Positions 14,801 through 28,035 of a stretch of DNA of 64,000 nucleotides are shown piece after piece (position 1 is the first letter of the stretch; each line of letters starts with the position of its first letter). Made by a program: the position numbers and the translations under genes. The notes under the pieces are model-generated. The model did no database searches. It saw only the letters and a list, made by a program, of their open reading frames with translations, and was not told where the DNA came from. The DNA comes from the human T2T-CHM13v2.0 reference genome, Homo sapiens, in the NCBI RefSeq assembly GCF_009914755.1, contig NC_060926.1. The stretch is one strand, 5' to 3'.

Positions 14801-17105
14801 GGATCAAAAAGAGAAGGAAGGAAAATGAAACTGGGTATTGGCGAGTTCTGTGTATAAAAAAAAAAAAAAGGCATCTCCAAGTAGCGTGCTTTTCCAACAA
14901 GTCATTCTGCTTAATATCGAGAATAATAATGGTTAATCAGTGTCCACTTAAATAGTGAAGTTCCACAAAAAATGCAATTAATTGAGAATTAACTTTGGTA
15001 TAATTCAATGCCTATGATAAGATGATTTTGATTAAAAATATTATTGAATTGAAAACCAGAGACCACAGTTAGTTCCTGGGTCTGTGATTTTGGGCAAAAT
15101 CACCCAAACTCTCCGTTTTCTGGCATCATCTATAAAAACAGAGGCATAGCCAGGGGATTCTCTGAGTAGCTTCCAGGATTCTATGAATTTACTGATTATT
15201 ATGAATTTTCTCTTAAAATATCCAGCTCTATGAAACATTTATTAATAAGCATATATTGTGATTACTTTAACCAATAAAATGTATGTAATCCACCTTTTAA
15301 GCTAGTTTAATGTATTCACATCTAGTAAGATAATAAAGTTTGGGAACACCGATGCTGCCAACACCATGGTACATCTTACCTCCTAGACGTCAAAGACAAC
15401 TAATGACCAACTGTCAGGTCAAGATTCTTATGTCTTGGCAGTAATGAGATCCCAGTGAGTTGTCCTTTGGGAAGTAGAAGAAGGAAGAGGTAGTATTGGA
15501 GAGAGGGGACATTGGGCAAAGGTAGAGTTTTAAAAGCTCAGGATTTTGGAATGTCAGAAGAAATGAGAGTTGCTGAGAACTTTTACTTCGCTGTATTGCC
15601 CATGCCCTGGGAATAGATGTTGTGCCCCTGAAAATCTCCCCTCTGCTACCAGCCTGGGTTGCCAATGCCCAAGCTGGGATGTCAGAATTTGTCATTATGC
15701 CTGCAAACGCTCAGCCTTCCATTTCAACGGAGTTCTCCAGCCCATCTCAACCCAGCCCAGTCTTCTTCAACCTGACATTGATTCCCTTCCTTACTCCATC
15801 CAGGAGGAGAATGAAAAGGGGGAAAAGGAAGAAAAACATCAAAGAGTAAGAATATAAAAGAGAAAGATATATCTATGCCAGTTTTTATCGGTGGAGAGGA
15901 AAGCTTGAATTCATCCTGTTACCAGCTTTTTTTTTTCCTTGGCGGAATTACTTTTTCCTTTACTATGGTTACTTAATATTTAAGCCTTCCTTTTCCAGGG
16001 ACTACATTTCTCTTGAATCTATCCCTACCTTTCTGTAATTCTTAACCTCAGCTGTGCCCTCGAATGTCTTGGTGAGCTTTCTGGAATGATGTCTAATCCA
16101 GTAGGTCTGTGGTGGGAGGAGTGGTATAGAGCTCTGTATTTTTAAAAAGCATCCCACAGTCCAATCCCTATCTAGGGCTGAGAATTGCTGCCTTAGTACC
16201 TCAAGGGTCTCTGGAATATTTTATTCCAGCCAGAACAAAGGAAAAGCTGGCAGAACAGAAAGAAAAAGGAGAGAGCATAAATGGTATTAGAGGAAAATAA
16301 TAAACGAGGAGAAAAGACAAGACGGTTTCGTTTAGAGTCCTAGTAGAATTTAGAAAAGCAAAGCGCTTTGGCATGAGTGAGGCCTGGGCAGCATCTTGTT
16401 TAACTCCTGCAAGCATAGCCTGGCTCTTCTGAACCCTAATCCACTGCTTTTGAACCTTGAGGTCTTTGAAGGGTAAACCAAGCTCAAGTTAGATTCCAGG
16501 TCCAGAGCTTAGCAGGGCAAGGACTAGTGGCAAGTGGCTCTAATTTGGGAGCTTGGGTTCAGGAATCCCCAAGAGTTCTGGTCTCTCCTGTTCCACCCCT
16601 GCTGCGGGGGTTGAAGCCGACCACCCACAGCTCTTTGGGGAGGAGAATCTGCTCAGCCAGCAGGGTCATGAGCAAATGGGGTCATGGCAGCCATGCCCCT
16701 AGTGTGAGCAGTCACATCACGCAAGCCTCAAGACCACAGCAAATGGAATCTTCCCTGCAAGTCTCAGCTCACGCAGGGACTGCTGCCTGGACTAGCCTGG
16801 AGCAAACTGGCTTAGTGTCCCAGGAGATCCCTACGGGGGACAGCTGAGATCTTGAAGAACATGAACGGGAACGTGAAGCAAACTGAAAAGCTTGAAAAAA
16901 TTATCGGAGGAAAAGTTAACTTAATATTAAAATATGTAATAACATGCCTCAACCTAATTCTGCAGTCTAAATGTAAAACGTGATTTGTGAGTGAAAGTTT
17001 GCAGACCTTCTTCCCCAATAGCATTTAAAATCTATAAACAAAAATCTAAATGATGTTGACCTGAAGGCAACACATGCCTTGACTTTGCATTGGCAGACAG
17101 TGTAG

Positions 17106-17401
<296 letters not shown>

Positions 17402-17657
17402 AGGTGTTTAACCCATTCACACAGTCTCCTCCTGTCACCTTGTGGCCAAAGGTGAATGTTTAGAAGCCAGTTGCCTAATGTAGGTGAAGATGACAGTTAT
17501 GCTCCCATCTCATCTGGATAATACCCAATCTAGACAATGCCATGACTGAGAGACCTCAATTATTTGATGAACTTACAATTAGCCTTGGCTTGTCTGCAAA
17601 GACATTAAAACCTTTAAGAATGACCTTTATTGTCCAAGAAAGGAAATTTGAGGAGAT

Positions 17658-17672
17658 GGCACCCCCTGCTGG
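17658..17672 (-). promoter_or_regulatory. Candidate CTCF motif
   Basis: Minus strand CCAGCAGGGGGTGCC versus core CCASYAGRKGGCRS; one mismatch, at a CpG-type position. Sequence match only. Confidence 0.45.
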
Positions 17673-18660
17673 TAAATTTTATCATCATCAGAATTTAATT
17701 ATTATAATATCTGAGAGCTAAGAAAGGTAAGCATGGCTATTATGAGACATTCAGGCAAGATTGTGATTCCTGCCAGCAGGTCTTCTGTCAGTTCCAGAGC
17801 TTCACTTCATCCTTCATTGATATTTGGCTTTATATATGGTTAATCCTGAGGCTATTACCACCTCCTTTCTTTGCTCTAACCTGAGCACCACTACAGTAAA
17901 ACTGTGTAATGCCTTTGGATGCCTGTCTCCCAAAGCATATTTTCTTCCATTCTTCAAGGTAAAGACAAACACCATCATTTCTTATCTGTCATTTTAGGTT
18001 ATCTTATTTTGCCAAATTCAGTTGCAAGGAACTCTCCTACTTTGGAAAAAAGAGCTTCCACCATTAACATGGAAATTTCTAGTCTAGATATTAGAACAAC
18101 ATAAACTTCCTTATTCAACAGCATGAGGGGGAATCTAAATCTAAATCTACTTTCGTTCAGTGCTTGAAGGGCTCCAGTGTCACATCGTGTCTTAGTAGTC
18201 CAAACCCTGTGGACAACATCAACATGATTTGGTTTGTGGAAATGGCACGCTTTCTTTTCAGGGTCCCTTCTCTTTGGTTAACCCTCCTTCTCCAGGAATA
18301 AATGCTTTTGTGGTGCCCCTTGGCTGCCTAAAAATCCCAGTGGTGACACTCATCCTTTTTTTTTTCCCTGCGAGCCTCCATCTCACTGTTGTTAAGATGT
18401 TGTTCCCACAGTTTTTTCCTTTAATATCCACTCCCATCATATTTTAAAACATCTGCAGTGATATTAGTCCCTTTCCTATATGATATAAAAAATGTAACAT
18501 ACACAATATCCAAAAAGAATCAAACTGTTCAAAATCTTCCTTCCTTCCCAGGTAAGTAGACACAAGACCTACTTAAGGGAAGGATGTTAATGCTGTAAAA
18601 CTCAAGTAAACCTAGACCATTTTGGCATAGACCCTCTCACACAGAAACCAGTCTACTTAC

Positions 18661-18797
18661 TTGAAATTGACTGTGAGCTTTGCAAAGCCTTCTGGATATT
18701 TCAGCCTCTCCACAATGATATCTGAGGTATCTTTCACTACTTTTGGACATTTGTTGGTTATGAGTGGCCAGAGACCTTTGAACTACTTGGAGGTATC
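18661..18797 (-). pseudogene. S28 peptidase pseudogene copy B, exon 'YLQVVQRSL..C..NF'
   Basis: Acceptor tttatagtctcag|GA and donor AA|gtaagt are intact; YLQVVQRSLATHN-(+1 frameshift)-NKCPKVVKDTSDIIVERLKYPEGFAKLTVNF resembles PRSS16 EYNDVVSRSL...C. Confidence 0.85.
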
Positions 18798-19782
18798 CTG
18801 AGACTATAAAAAAATAATAATAATAAGCCAGTGCATTTAACATTGTTTAATTGTATTCATTTATACAATGCAACTCTTTTAAGTTTGCAGTTACCTCTCT
18901 CTTATAAAATGGCACATCTAAGAAACTGCACAATTAAACAATTTTGCCAGGATGGCAAGAAAAGTCAGTAGCAATCAGAGACTTACATGTTTGGCAAATC
19001 CTGATCAATAGATCAACTGGGACATGGCTTCACTCTTTAAAAGTGACAGAGAGAGAAGTTCTTCAATTTTCCAACTTTCAGAGTCAATAGACTAGATAAG
19101 GTTATATTAAAGTTATATAAACCTGAACTAGTAGGATAACCAAATACTTGTTCCCCTCTGAAAAGTTGAAATATTAAAACAAATTTTACCCAGAATGTGT
19201 CTCTGGATTTTTGTGGTTGTTTTCTCATGTGTGTGGTTTGGTTTGTTTGTTTGTGTTTTTTTAGACAAGGAAAACTTAATTGAGTAGTAGTTTTATCTCT
19301 TACTCATTTTAACAGGAGCATGTATGCAGAGGCCCAAATTGCCAATCACCAGTATTTATCCACATGGAAAAATCCTAAGGACATTAATTATAAATGATTT
19401 ATCATCCACTCAAATAGCAGGAAGGAGAATTGAAAGGCAAATTTGAAACAGGAAATGTTATTCCTTAAAAACAAGGGCTTTTCCTCATTTCTTTGAAAAT
19501 AGCTAACTCAAGGATTAATTTCACTATCAAATCAACAGCTAAGACTTACCCTACCATTTCTACCCATTAAGGAGCTATTACTAACAAAGTATCTGCAGAT
19601 ATGGATAACAGCTACTAACGGGGGGCATTTTAGGATTCCCTTATGAAATGGTATCATGGTGGTGCGGGCGAGCAGGGATCCATAAACCCAGCTCAAGTAG
19701 GGTGAACTGTGTGTTATAGGTCCACTTGTTAAGATAATTTACTCACTTACAGAAACTTTTTTTAGATTACATATACACTCAA

Positions 19783-20008
19783 CATACATGTCAACTTTTG
19801 TATGGAGTGATGATTGCTGTCCAAGGCTGCAGGAAATAGGTGGGAATTTTTATCCTCAACCACTCTGCAAGGGATCCTGCATAAGAACCACCAACATGAC
19901 CCACATATGGTGGTGAGCTCCACATCCTCGCTATTGCCACTTGGAAGGGGACAGCATCTGCCAAGGCTACCTGTGCTGAGGCAGTAAAGGCGGGCATGCT
20001 CAGATCGC
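19783..20008 (-). pseudogene. S28 peptidase pseudogene copy B, catalytic-Ser exon
   Basis: Across frameshifts: GDLSM..LYCLS..ALADAVPFQVAIA..ELTT..WVM-GGSYAGSLAEWLRIK-NSHLFPAALDS..KVDMY, compared with PRSS16 ALADV...WICFGGSYAGSLAAWARLKFPHL. Ser codon at 19884-19886. Inferred acceptor (cgg) and donor (ttgagt) are both mutated. Confidence 0.9.
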
Positions 20009-20256
20009 CCGAAGTAAAGCATAAACAAACTCTGTTTATGAAAACAGTGCAATCAGCTTGACTATCCAATAAAAATGTGTATTTTAAAAGTATGTTTATA
20101 CCAGGTTCAACTTGAAAATTTCATTAGGATAATCTGGATGACAGGGAAACTGAATGCAGGAGCTAGCAATAATCACTAGCATTTTTGCAGTCTCATTTGG
20201 ATGATGGCATTTCCTTTTGTCACCACTGGGAAGGCAATTCAAGTGCCTGTCCCTAC

Positions 20257-20329
20257 CCACAGGATGACTTTTCTCATACACTGAACTGAACCACAACCAT
20301 CAAATGATCAACCCGACTGAGAGAAGAGC
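20257..20329 (-). pseudogene. S28 peptidase pseudogene copy B, truncated upstream exon remnant
   Basis: Ends YEKSHPV-G|gtaggg (S28 consensus HRFYGKSHP), phase 1, joining 'GC GAT CTG' of the next exon. Upstream FSQ-RVDH resembles the S28 'F.Q.LDHF' motif. Start position uncertain. Confidence 0.55.
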
Positions 20330-22271
20330 CTGTTTTTGAAAGGGCTAAAATGTCAGTGATTTAACTCTTTCCAAAGAATTAAGAAAACTCATAGTTGATT
20401 GTACTTGATGTTATTTTCCCGTCTTCCTGGTTTGCCTGTGACATCAGACAAAGCCATATTTGAGTCTGAGTTTTCTCAGTCATAAGAAAACTACATAAAA
20501 ATTTGCTAGTTACTTTTCAACAGTTGTTTATTCCATAAAAAGGTTTCCTATAAAAGTAGGATTTTATAAAATCCTAATTACTGCAAAGAAAAATTTCCTC
20601 CTGACACACTCAAACCATATAATACTATAGCTAGCTAAATATTAATTTAATGGTAGACAAAGGACATAGGATATTCACAAAAAGAAATATGAATGACCAG
20701 CAAATACATGGAAAAGTTTAGCTCTTTTTATTGTCAAAGTAATGCAAATATAAACAGGATATTTTTCCCTCCTATCAAACTGGCAGAGACTTATTTTGGA
20801 TGATAGTATTGGGTGTTGGCAAGGACGTGACAAGTGTGCAGACTCTCTCATGCACAGCTTAAGGAGGATTAAGCAGTAGAGACGTTCTGGCACCAGTGTG
20901 TCCTCATATATAACAAGGGCTTCAAACAGCAAAATTATAGCTTGGCTCAGGAATTCCACTGCTGAGAACCCATAGCTGAACTTGCTAATTTTCCCCTAAT
21001 ATCCATTGTCTCTTTAATTTTTAGGTAATTAAATTCTGAATTTTAGCTGGGCATGTGGCTGCCCAGAATAAACATTACATATCCCAGCCATCCTTACAGT
21101 TAGACAGAAACTGACTAAATTCTAGCCAATGGGATATAACTGAAAGTATTATGTATAAGCTCCCGAGAAATGTCATTAAAAGGCAGCTGCAGTAAGTCTT
21201 TTCTCCTGTTTTGTGCCACTTGGAATGTAAATGGATGGTGAGGCTACATCTTGGATCGCAAAGATGAGATCCTCACTCCATTAGTGTTAGATGAGAAAAC
21301 TGGAAGTGGCTTGGGTCCCAGATGACCAAGGAGATGCAGTGCCACTCATGGTTCTATGGGATGTTTAAATGTAGAATTTCGTGTTACAAAGAAATAAAAA
21401 GCACCTGTCATTATGCCACTGTTGTTATTTTGGTTCTCTGTTGCTCACAACCAACATGAAATATATGCTAAAAATTCACCAAAATTTCATGTTCATGAAT
21501 GTTTATGTTCACTATTGTGAAGAGCAGATAAATATCTGTATGTTCAATAATAAAAGAACAATTATATAAATTATGTTCATTTGATGCAACATACTTTACA
21601 ATGCAGTCATGCAGTCATGAGAATCTTAGTTTTGAGGATATTTATTGACAGCTCATGACATATGCTAATTAGGGGAATGGAGAATAATACAGTCTTTCAC
21701 AAGCACACACATCTTCATTTTAACTAAAACTAATGTATTAGTACTTATTCATGTTCATTCACATATCTATTTTGTAAACAAATTCTAGATATTTCCACTT
21801 TCGTATCCAGCCTGTAGTTTTCAGCTGCTAGATTGGGGATAATTCGTTATGTAGCAATATGTAACCAATGCATTTTATCTTACCTATTTTTATCCTTTTC
21901 TTTCTTGACTTCTTTTGAATAAATCAATTTTTTAATCATTCTGTTGTTTTTCTCTGGTAATTTAGAAATTATACGTTGTTCTTTTATTCGTTTAATTATT
22001 ACCCAAAGTTACAACTTGTGTATTAACGTATCAATGTCTACAGTTAGCACCTTTATTTTCTGCAAAATATAAGGACCTTGAAGAAAACTTTTCAATTCAA
22101 CTTATCCCCTTCCAACTTATATATTATTATGGGGTGTATTATAATTCATTACTATTATTATTATTACATTCCACAATTATTTTAGTTTGCTTTTTAATTC
22201 TTTGTTTATTATTACATCTCAACTCTTCCATGTAGAATCAGTTTTATCCTGATTGAAATAAACCATCTGTT

Positions 22272-22397
22272 ACTTTTCTTTTTAATAGAGACGGTTCTCA
22301 CTATGTTACTCAGGCTGGTCTCTTGAGCTCAAGGGATCCTCCCACCTCAGTCTGCCAAAGTGTTGGAATTACAGGTGTGAGCCACTGTGCCCAGCCT
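22272..22397 (-). mobile_element. FLAM / Alu monomer
   Basis: Single left-arm-like monomer tagagacgg...gccactgtgcccagcc. Confidence 0.8.
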
Positions 22398-22852
22398 GTA
22401 ATTTTTTAATGAGGGTCCACTTATAGAAAAACTCTTTCATTTGTTTAAAATGACTTCATTCAAAAATATATACAAGATAACATTTTTTTGATTTTCATTG
22501 TTGATGTTGGGAAGTTAGCTATGACTCTCTAAATATTGGCCCTTTGAAGATTATCCTTTTTCTCTTTTTCTTTGATTTTCTGAAGAGACGTTTATGATAT
22601 GTCTAGGTGTGGAGCTCATTCTCTTATATCTCCTTCTGAAACTCAAGAAAAATATGAAACATATATCTTTAATCTCTCATTAGAATTGATTTTCCTTTTA
22701 TTTTCCTCCAAGTTGTATTGTGGATTATTTCTACGGGGATTATAATTTTGCTTGTTACATTTATCTTATTTCTAAAATTATGTTTCTCATTCAAATCTGC
22801 TGTCACTTTTTATTTTTACTTTTCTATTCTAGTCACAGGTATTTTAGATGTG

Positions 22853-23160
22853 TTTTTTTTTTCTTTCTTTTTTTTGGGGGTGGGGGACAGAGTCTTGCTC
22901 TATCACTAGGCTGGAGTGCAGTGGCGATCTCGGCTCACTGCAACCTTCACCTCCCAGGTTCAAGCAATTCTCCTGCCTCAGCCTCCCGAGTAGCTAGGAC
23001 TACAGGCACGTGCCACCATGCCCAGCTAAATTTTGTATGTTTAGTACAGATGGGGTTTTACCATGTTGGCCAGGATGGTCTCGATCTCCTGACCTCGTGA
23101 TCTGCCCACCTCGGCCTCCCAAAGTGTTGGGATTACAAGCGTGAGCCACTGCTCCCAGCC
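22853..23160 (-). mobile_element. Alu (AluS-like)
   Basis: Alu dimer; TSD tagatgtgtttt on both sides. Confidence 0.95.
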
Positions 23161-24249
23161 CTAGATGTGTTTTATGTTTTTAAACATGGTAATCATAACT
23201 GATACATAATTTGTGTTGATAATTCCAACCTATGAAATCTTTGTGGCTCTGTTTCTCTTTGGTTTTTTGGTGGTTTTCACTCACAAGGTCTTGACTTTGC
23301 ATGAGTTGCTATTTTTAATTGTGTAGTGGTCATTTACTTTAAAAATAATTTGTAGAAATAATTTAAAGTCAAGGATACAGATACTTTGTTCCAGAGATGA
23401 GTGTGTTTGCTTCTTCCAGTTACCTGAGGTACCAGTAATCTAGGATGACCTCAAACAAGTCCATAGCTCCAGATTCCCGTAATCATCGGAAGAAACGGCA
23501 TACGTGAGAGCTTGTTTGCTTGGGATTCATTCATTCTTCCTCGCTTATAGTGAGGAAGTCTTTCCTTACACATTCCATCTTTATGCAAGCCCTGAGTTTT
23601 GAATTGTCTTGCTTGCCCATGAGGCTATCAAAACAGAAGTTCAAATTGCTCAGCACCAAAAGTGCCCTCAAGGAAAAAGCAGTTGCCATCTTTCCTCTCT
23701 TCCCCTTTTCCCATTTCCCCTTCAATTTTAGCCTTGCAATTTCTTACTACTTTCTAATCTCTTTGATGTTTTTAAGGAGATGTTTTTAAATCTTTTCTTC
23801 TGCATTCAGAGGAAAGATTTATCCAAATAATATAGCCCATTATCCCAGGAAATTATAAGTCACCTAGCCACCTACTTGATATCCATCTGCTAAACGTTAA
23901 AAAAGACTTTAAGAAAGTAAACAAATATTTTTAATAACAGCCTAGCCTCTGGTAGGTCAGAATGACTATTGTGTGTTTATGTATGGCTATTGTATGCTTA
24001 TTCTCAGTATGGGTTTAAGCCTATAAGCCCTTACTGAAGAAATAAAAGATACTTGATTTTGTTTTTCTACCCTAAGGAATTCCCATTTATTTCTTTTGTG
24101 ACAGAGACACTTGTCTTACTGGTGCTTTTATTAAGAAACTCGATAAAGGTTTGCCTTTTCTTACAGAAACTTTACTCTTCTTATCACTTATACTCTTCAG
24201 TGGGGGGGAGGGAAAGCAGAACTAATGGAATTCAAAACCAAAATTAGCA

Positions 24250-26329
24250 AAATTCTCAGAAATCCTTGAACTCCCATGTCCTAAAGCATTGCCATTAGTT
24301 TTAATATTTATAAGGTCAATCCCTTCACAACCCCACAGATTCTACTTCTATTAATTAATAACAGATTACCTCAAGAAATATAGATATTTCACCCCCAAAC
24401 TTAAATTCTACCAAATTACAATGAAATATGATTAATTACTACAGGGGAGTCATACGATACACTCAGCTCTTTAAGCAACAGGTATGAACTACCTTTTCTA
24501 ACTACCCACCTAAAGTCTCTGTGTAATCTACATTTTGGAGATTTAGTCTCCAAAAAAAGACACTACTGAAAAACTGCCCTTGGGTCCTGATGAAGATGAC
24601 CTTATCAGGGACTATTATCAACTGACACAAGAGTAAAACCCCAAAATATTCCTCCTCACTCTCATGTTTCCCAGCTCAAAAAAGACATATACCTTTCCCT
24701 TGACTACTTGACATCGATTCCTTCTGGAAATTGTAAACTGAGGATTCTCAGGAATCTTCTAGAAGATGCTGATTTCTGAGGTGGACAGCTTTTGCCCAGG
24801 ATAACTAGAACGAGTAGCAAACCTCAAAATTGAACACCTTCTGCCCAAGGTGGAACAAGATTAACTTTTGATTCTTCAACACCTTTTCCAGCCTATTGTT
24901 CCATGTTGGTGCCCTCTAAAACACTAGTAGGATTTTCCTTATTTTAATCCACTTATTTCTGACCCCTGATGGTCTCCTACCACTTAAGGAAAAATAAAAC
25001 TCTCTTACACATTTTTCCTCGACTATAGTTAACCACTGAGTCAAACGGGTGCTGGATCGATCACTGTTTACCTGACGTGCCTGACAAAATTTAGTAACTA
25101 ATCCTTTACATACTTCAGAAGGCAAATTCCCTTTAATAGGGCCTTTCTAGTATATACATTTCCCCAATATCATCAATCCCAATTTTCAGTCTTGCAGATA
25201 ATAGACCTTGAACTCACATTGACAAATTGCTTCTGCTGACATTGACACAATCCTATCAGCAAGACCCAGTCAATCAAGAATAAGCACGAATATGGGGGCC
25301 ATTCTGACTGCAATAGTCAGTTTGTTTTCTTCAGAGACACTTCAGCCTGTCTTGCAGGAACTGTTCAACCACACTCTAGGATTTGTCTAACTCAAGGGAC
25401 ACAAAATTGGCGCCCATCTCTTGTAATAAATAATACTTATACTCCCCACACAATCCATGCTCCACTAGGATATTGGTCCGTATACCTGACTACCACATAC
25501 AATGTACCCTGTCTATTTTGTAGTCATTGTTAGAGATTTTCAGATATTTAAAACTACCATCCCTCCAGGAAATCATATTTCCTTAAAAATAATACCAGAA
25601 GCTTCCAAAATACAGCAAGCACAGGTTATTTGAAACAACTTCCAAGAAGGATAACAGATTCACGCTTCATGTGTACTCTATAGCTACAGTTCACACAGTA
25701 GGTATAACACAATTATAAAAAGTGACCCAGATCTTGTCTCTAATCTTGTCAGAAGACACGAAATGACACCACTTCTGCTCTGAAAGCCCAACTCTCTGGT
25801 CTAAATCAATTAACCACAATTGTCAAAGACCATCATAAAGTCTTTGATTTTCTCTTAGCCGGCCAATGGGGAATTTGTACTAGAGCAAATACTATTATCC
25901 CACCTATATAAATACTACAGAGCAAACAGAACAGTCTATCACAGAGCTTTCTTTAAAAAATCACCTGTCTCTCTAAAACAGACCCAGCTAGATTCTGGGA
26001 TATGTTTTCTTGCCTTGCTATTATAAGGTAGGGCATAGTTTCAAGATCTATTACAAAGACTAATAATATTTTGTTTCTAAAATTGACTATGCTACATTTA
26101 ACCAATATATCTGCTGCAGAGCTTTAAATGCTACTATACAGCCGTTGTCTCTTCAATATGTCAACAACTCATCCCACAGCACTATGAAAGATTGATCCTG
26201 GATCACTAGATTATGTTCAGTGAGCACTATTCTAATGCTAATTAACAAAACTTGGCAATGCTGAAAATCTGGATATCATAGGTCAATGTGTTATACTGTG
26301 ACTTCATCTGTCCTTGGCCAAAAGAGGAA
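24250..26329 (+). mobile_element. Degenerate ERV1 internal region: integrase C-terminus and env (MER34-like by inference)
   Basis: PYQGLLSTDT..K...HVSQLKK around 24600-24685; env TM LNQLTTIVKDHHKVFDFLLAGQWGICTRANT from 25801; PPT aaaagaggaa at 26320-26329. Many stops. Left boundary approximate. Confidence 0.75.
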
Positions 26330-26872
26330 TGGAGAAATTAAAAACAAACAAAAACAAAACAAAACAAAACAAAACAAAACAAAAAACTGCCTCTGACATT
26401 TAGAAGCTGGCCTGGCACTTACAACTATTCCATGTTTTCTCCTGGGTAAATAATCTCCTAAATAATCTCACAGAAATTCAATCTCAGACAAGGTTACCCT
26501 GAAACCATGATAAAAAGGGACCAAGAAAGGCCACTTCATAATTTCTTAATTTTGTCTAACCACAGAGAAAAACAAGGTCATCATGTCACCTACAAAATAC
26601 CAAGCCTACTCCCTTTGAATCAAAATGAATAACTGCTGTTTCTCCCCACCATGTGGATAAGGTTTACTGAGATACCCAAGTCTCCCCACTTCCTTAGACT
26701 CCCCCCAAATTACTCCATCAAGGTGCAAATTCCATTGTAGATTCTAACACCTTTTTACTGAGATGCCCCATTACCCCTATGATGTATGTTCCCTTGGCTG
26801 CAATGAGTAATAAATTTTATTTATTTAACTACAGGTATATTCCTGGTAGTCTTTTGCTGAAGTACATTCACA
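26330..26872 (+). mobile_element. 3' LTR of the degenerate ERV1, containing (CAAAA)n
   Basis: TG start directly after the PPT, AATAAA near 26809, CA end. Confidence 0.7.
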
Positions 26873-28035
26873 TAGGTAATGTCAAATTTGTTTTGCCAAA
26901 CAAATTGATTTTTCTAAAACAAAACTGTTTGTTTCATGACCAGCATAACTCATAGAAAACCCTATCGCGATTTCAAAGCTAGATCAATGAATAAAGACTT
27001 GTAAATAGATCAGTGGTGGGGTGGTGAGCCACAGGACAATTTTGAAGGCTCCATGCTCGTGGCTAAGTCAAATTTACAGACACATCATTTAACAGTCAGT
27101 GGTAAGAAATTTCATTCTTTATTGACTCCTCTCAAAAAAGATTAAAGCGATTCGAGCCTAACCTAAATTAAAAACTTCTCAAAAGCCTCTGCTTCCATTC
27201 CCCTGCGCTCCTGCTTGGAAATCTTGTATAAGACAAATCCTAGACTCTCTTCTACAACCCAAACACGAGGGCTTCTTCTCCTTCTGCTCCCAGCCTTTTA
27301 TTATGTAAATCAGCTTAGCCTCTTCCGCATTGGTCTCAAAAGGGTCAGGAAAAAGGAGCCAGGCCAATGAAGAATTTCCATTAGCATTCGGGGGAAAAGG
27401 GGGATGTGCAGAACATTCAGAAGTTAATCCTCTTTTCCCCCTCCCTAAACAACTGATTGAAGGATAATGAAATCAAGAAATTAAGTCTGGCAAGAGTTTT
27501 CAACCTCATGAAGATGATCTGTATGGCAAACTGCTTTAATTTCACTCAACATAAGTTATCCCATATTTGAAAATTATTTTGTTTCCTTAGAGAGATTAAG
27601 AAAACCCAGATTTAAAACTATTTATAGGATATCAATTATTGTTAACACCCACACACAAACCTAAGTTTCAAATGAAGAAATGTAGCCATGATGACATTAC
27701 TAGAATGTCACCTCCCCATCAAAAGTTAAATGACTTAGAATCCAAAATCACATTTGTGGAGTCACAGCTAGAAAGAGGTTGGTGGAATTTTAAGTAATTA
27801 TTGGACTGTCATGATAAACAGTACCAAGAATTATGACTCATATAATAAAGGTATCACTTCACTGACACTAATCACATTCTCAGGGTTGTAAAAAGCAATC
27901 CTTACTTCTTACTTAAATGGGAATAAAAGACTTTGACATTACATTGGATTTTTCATAACCTTCAGGGGTACTTTTTAAACTTCATTTGATTTGCTTGACT
28001 TTATGGAATGAACAGTTTATAAACAAGAAAACAAG

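Noticed and set aside
14608-14955. ORFs with YLSI/HPSI repeats
   Set aside because: Translation of the GATA/GGAT microsatellite.
18005-18035. Minus-strand tgcaactgaatttggc resembling CTEFG codons
   Set aside because: No flanking RQW/YQT similarity or splice site, and out of exon order; probably chance.
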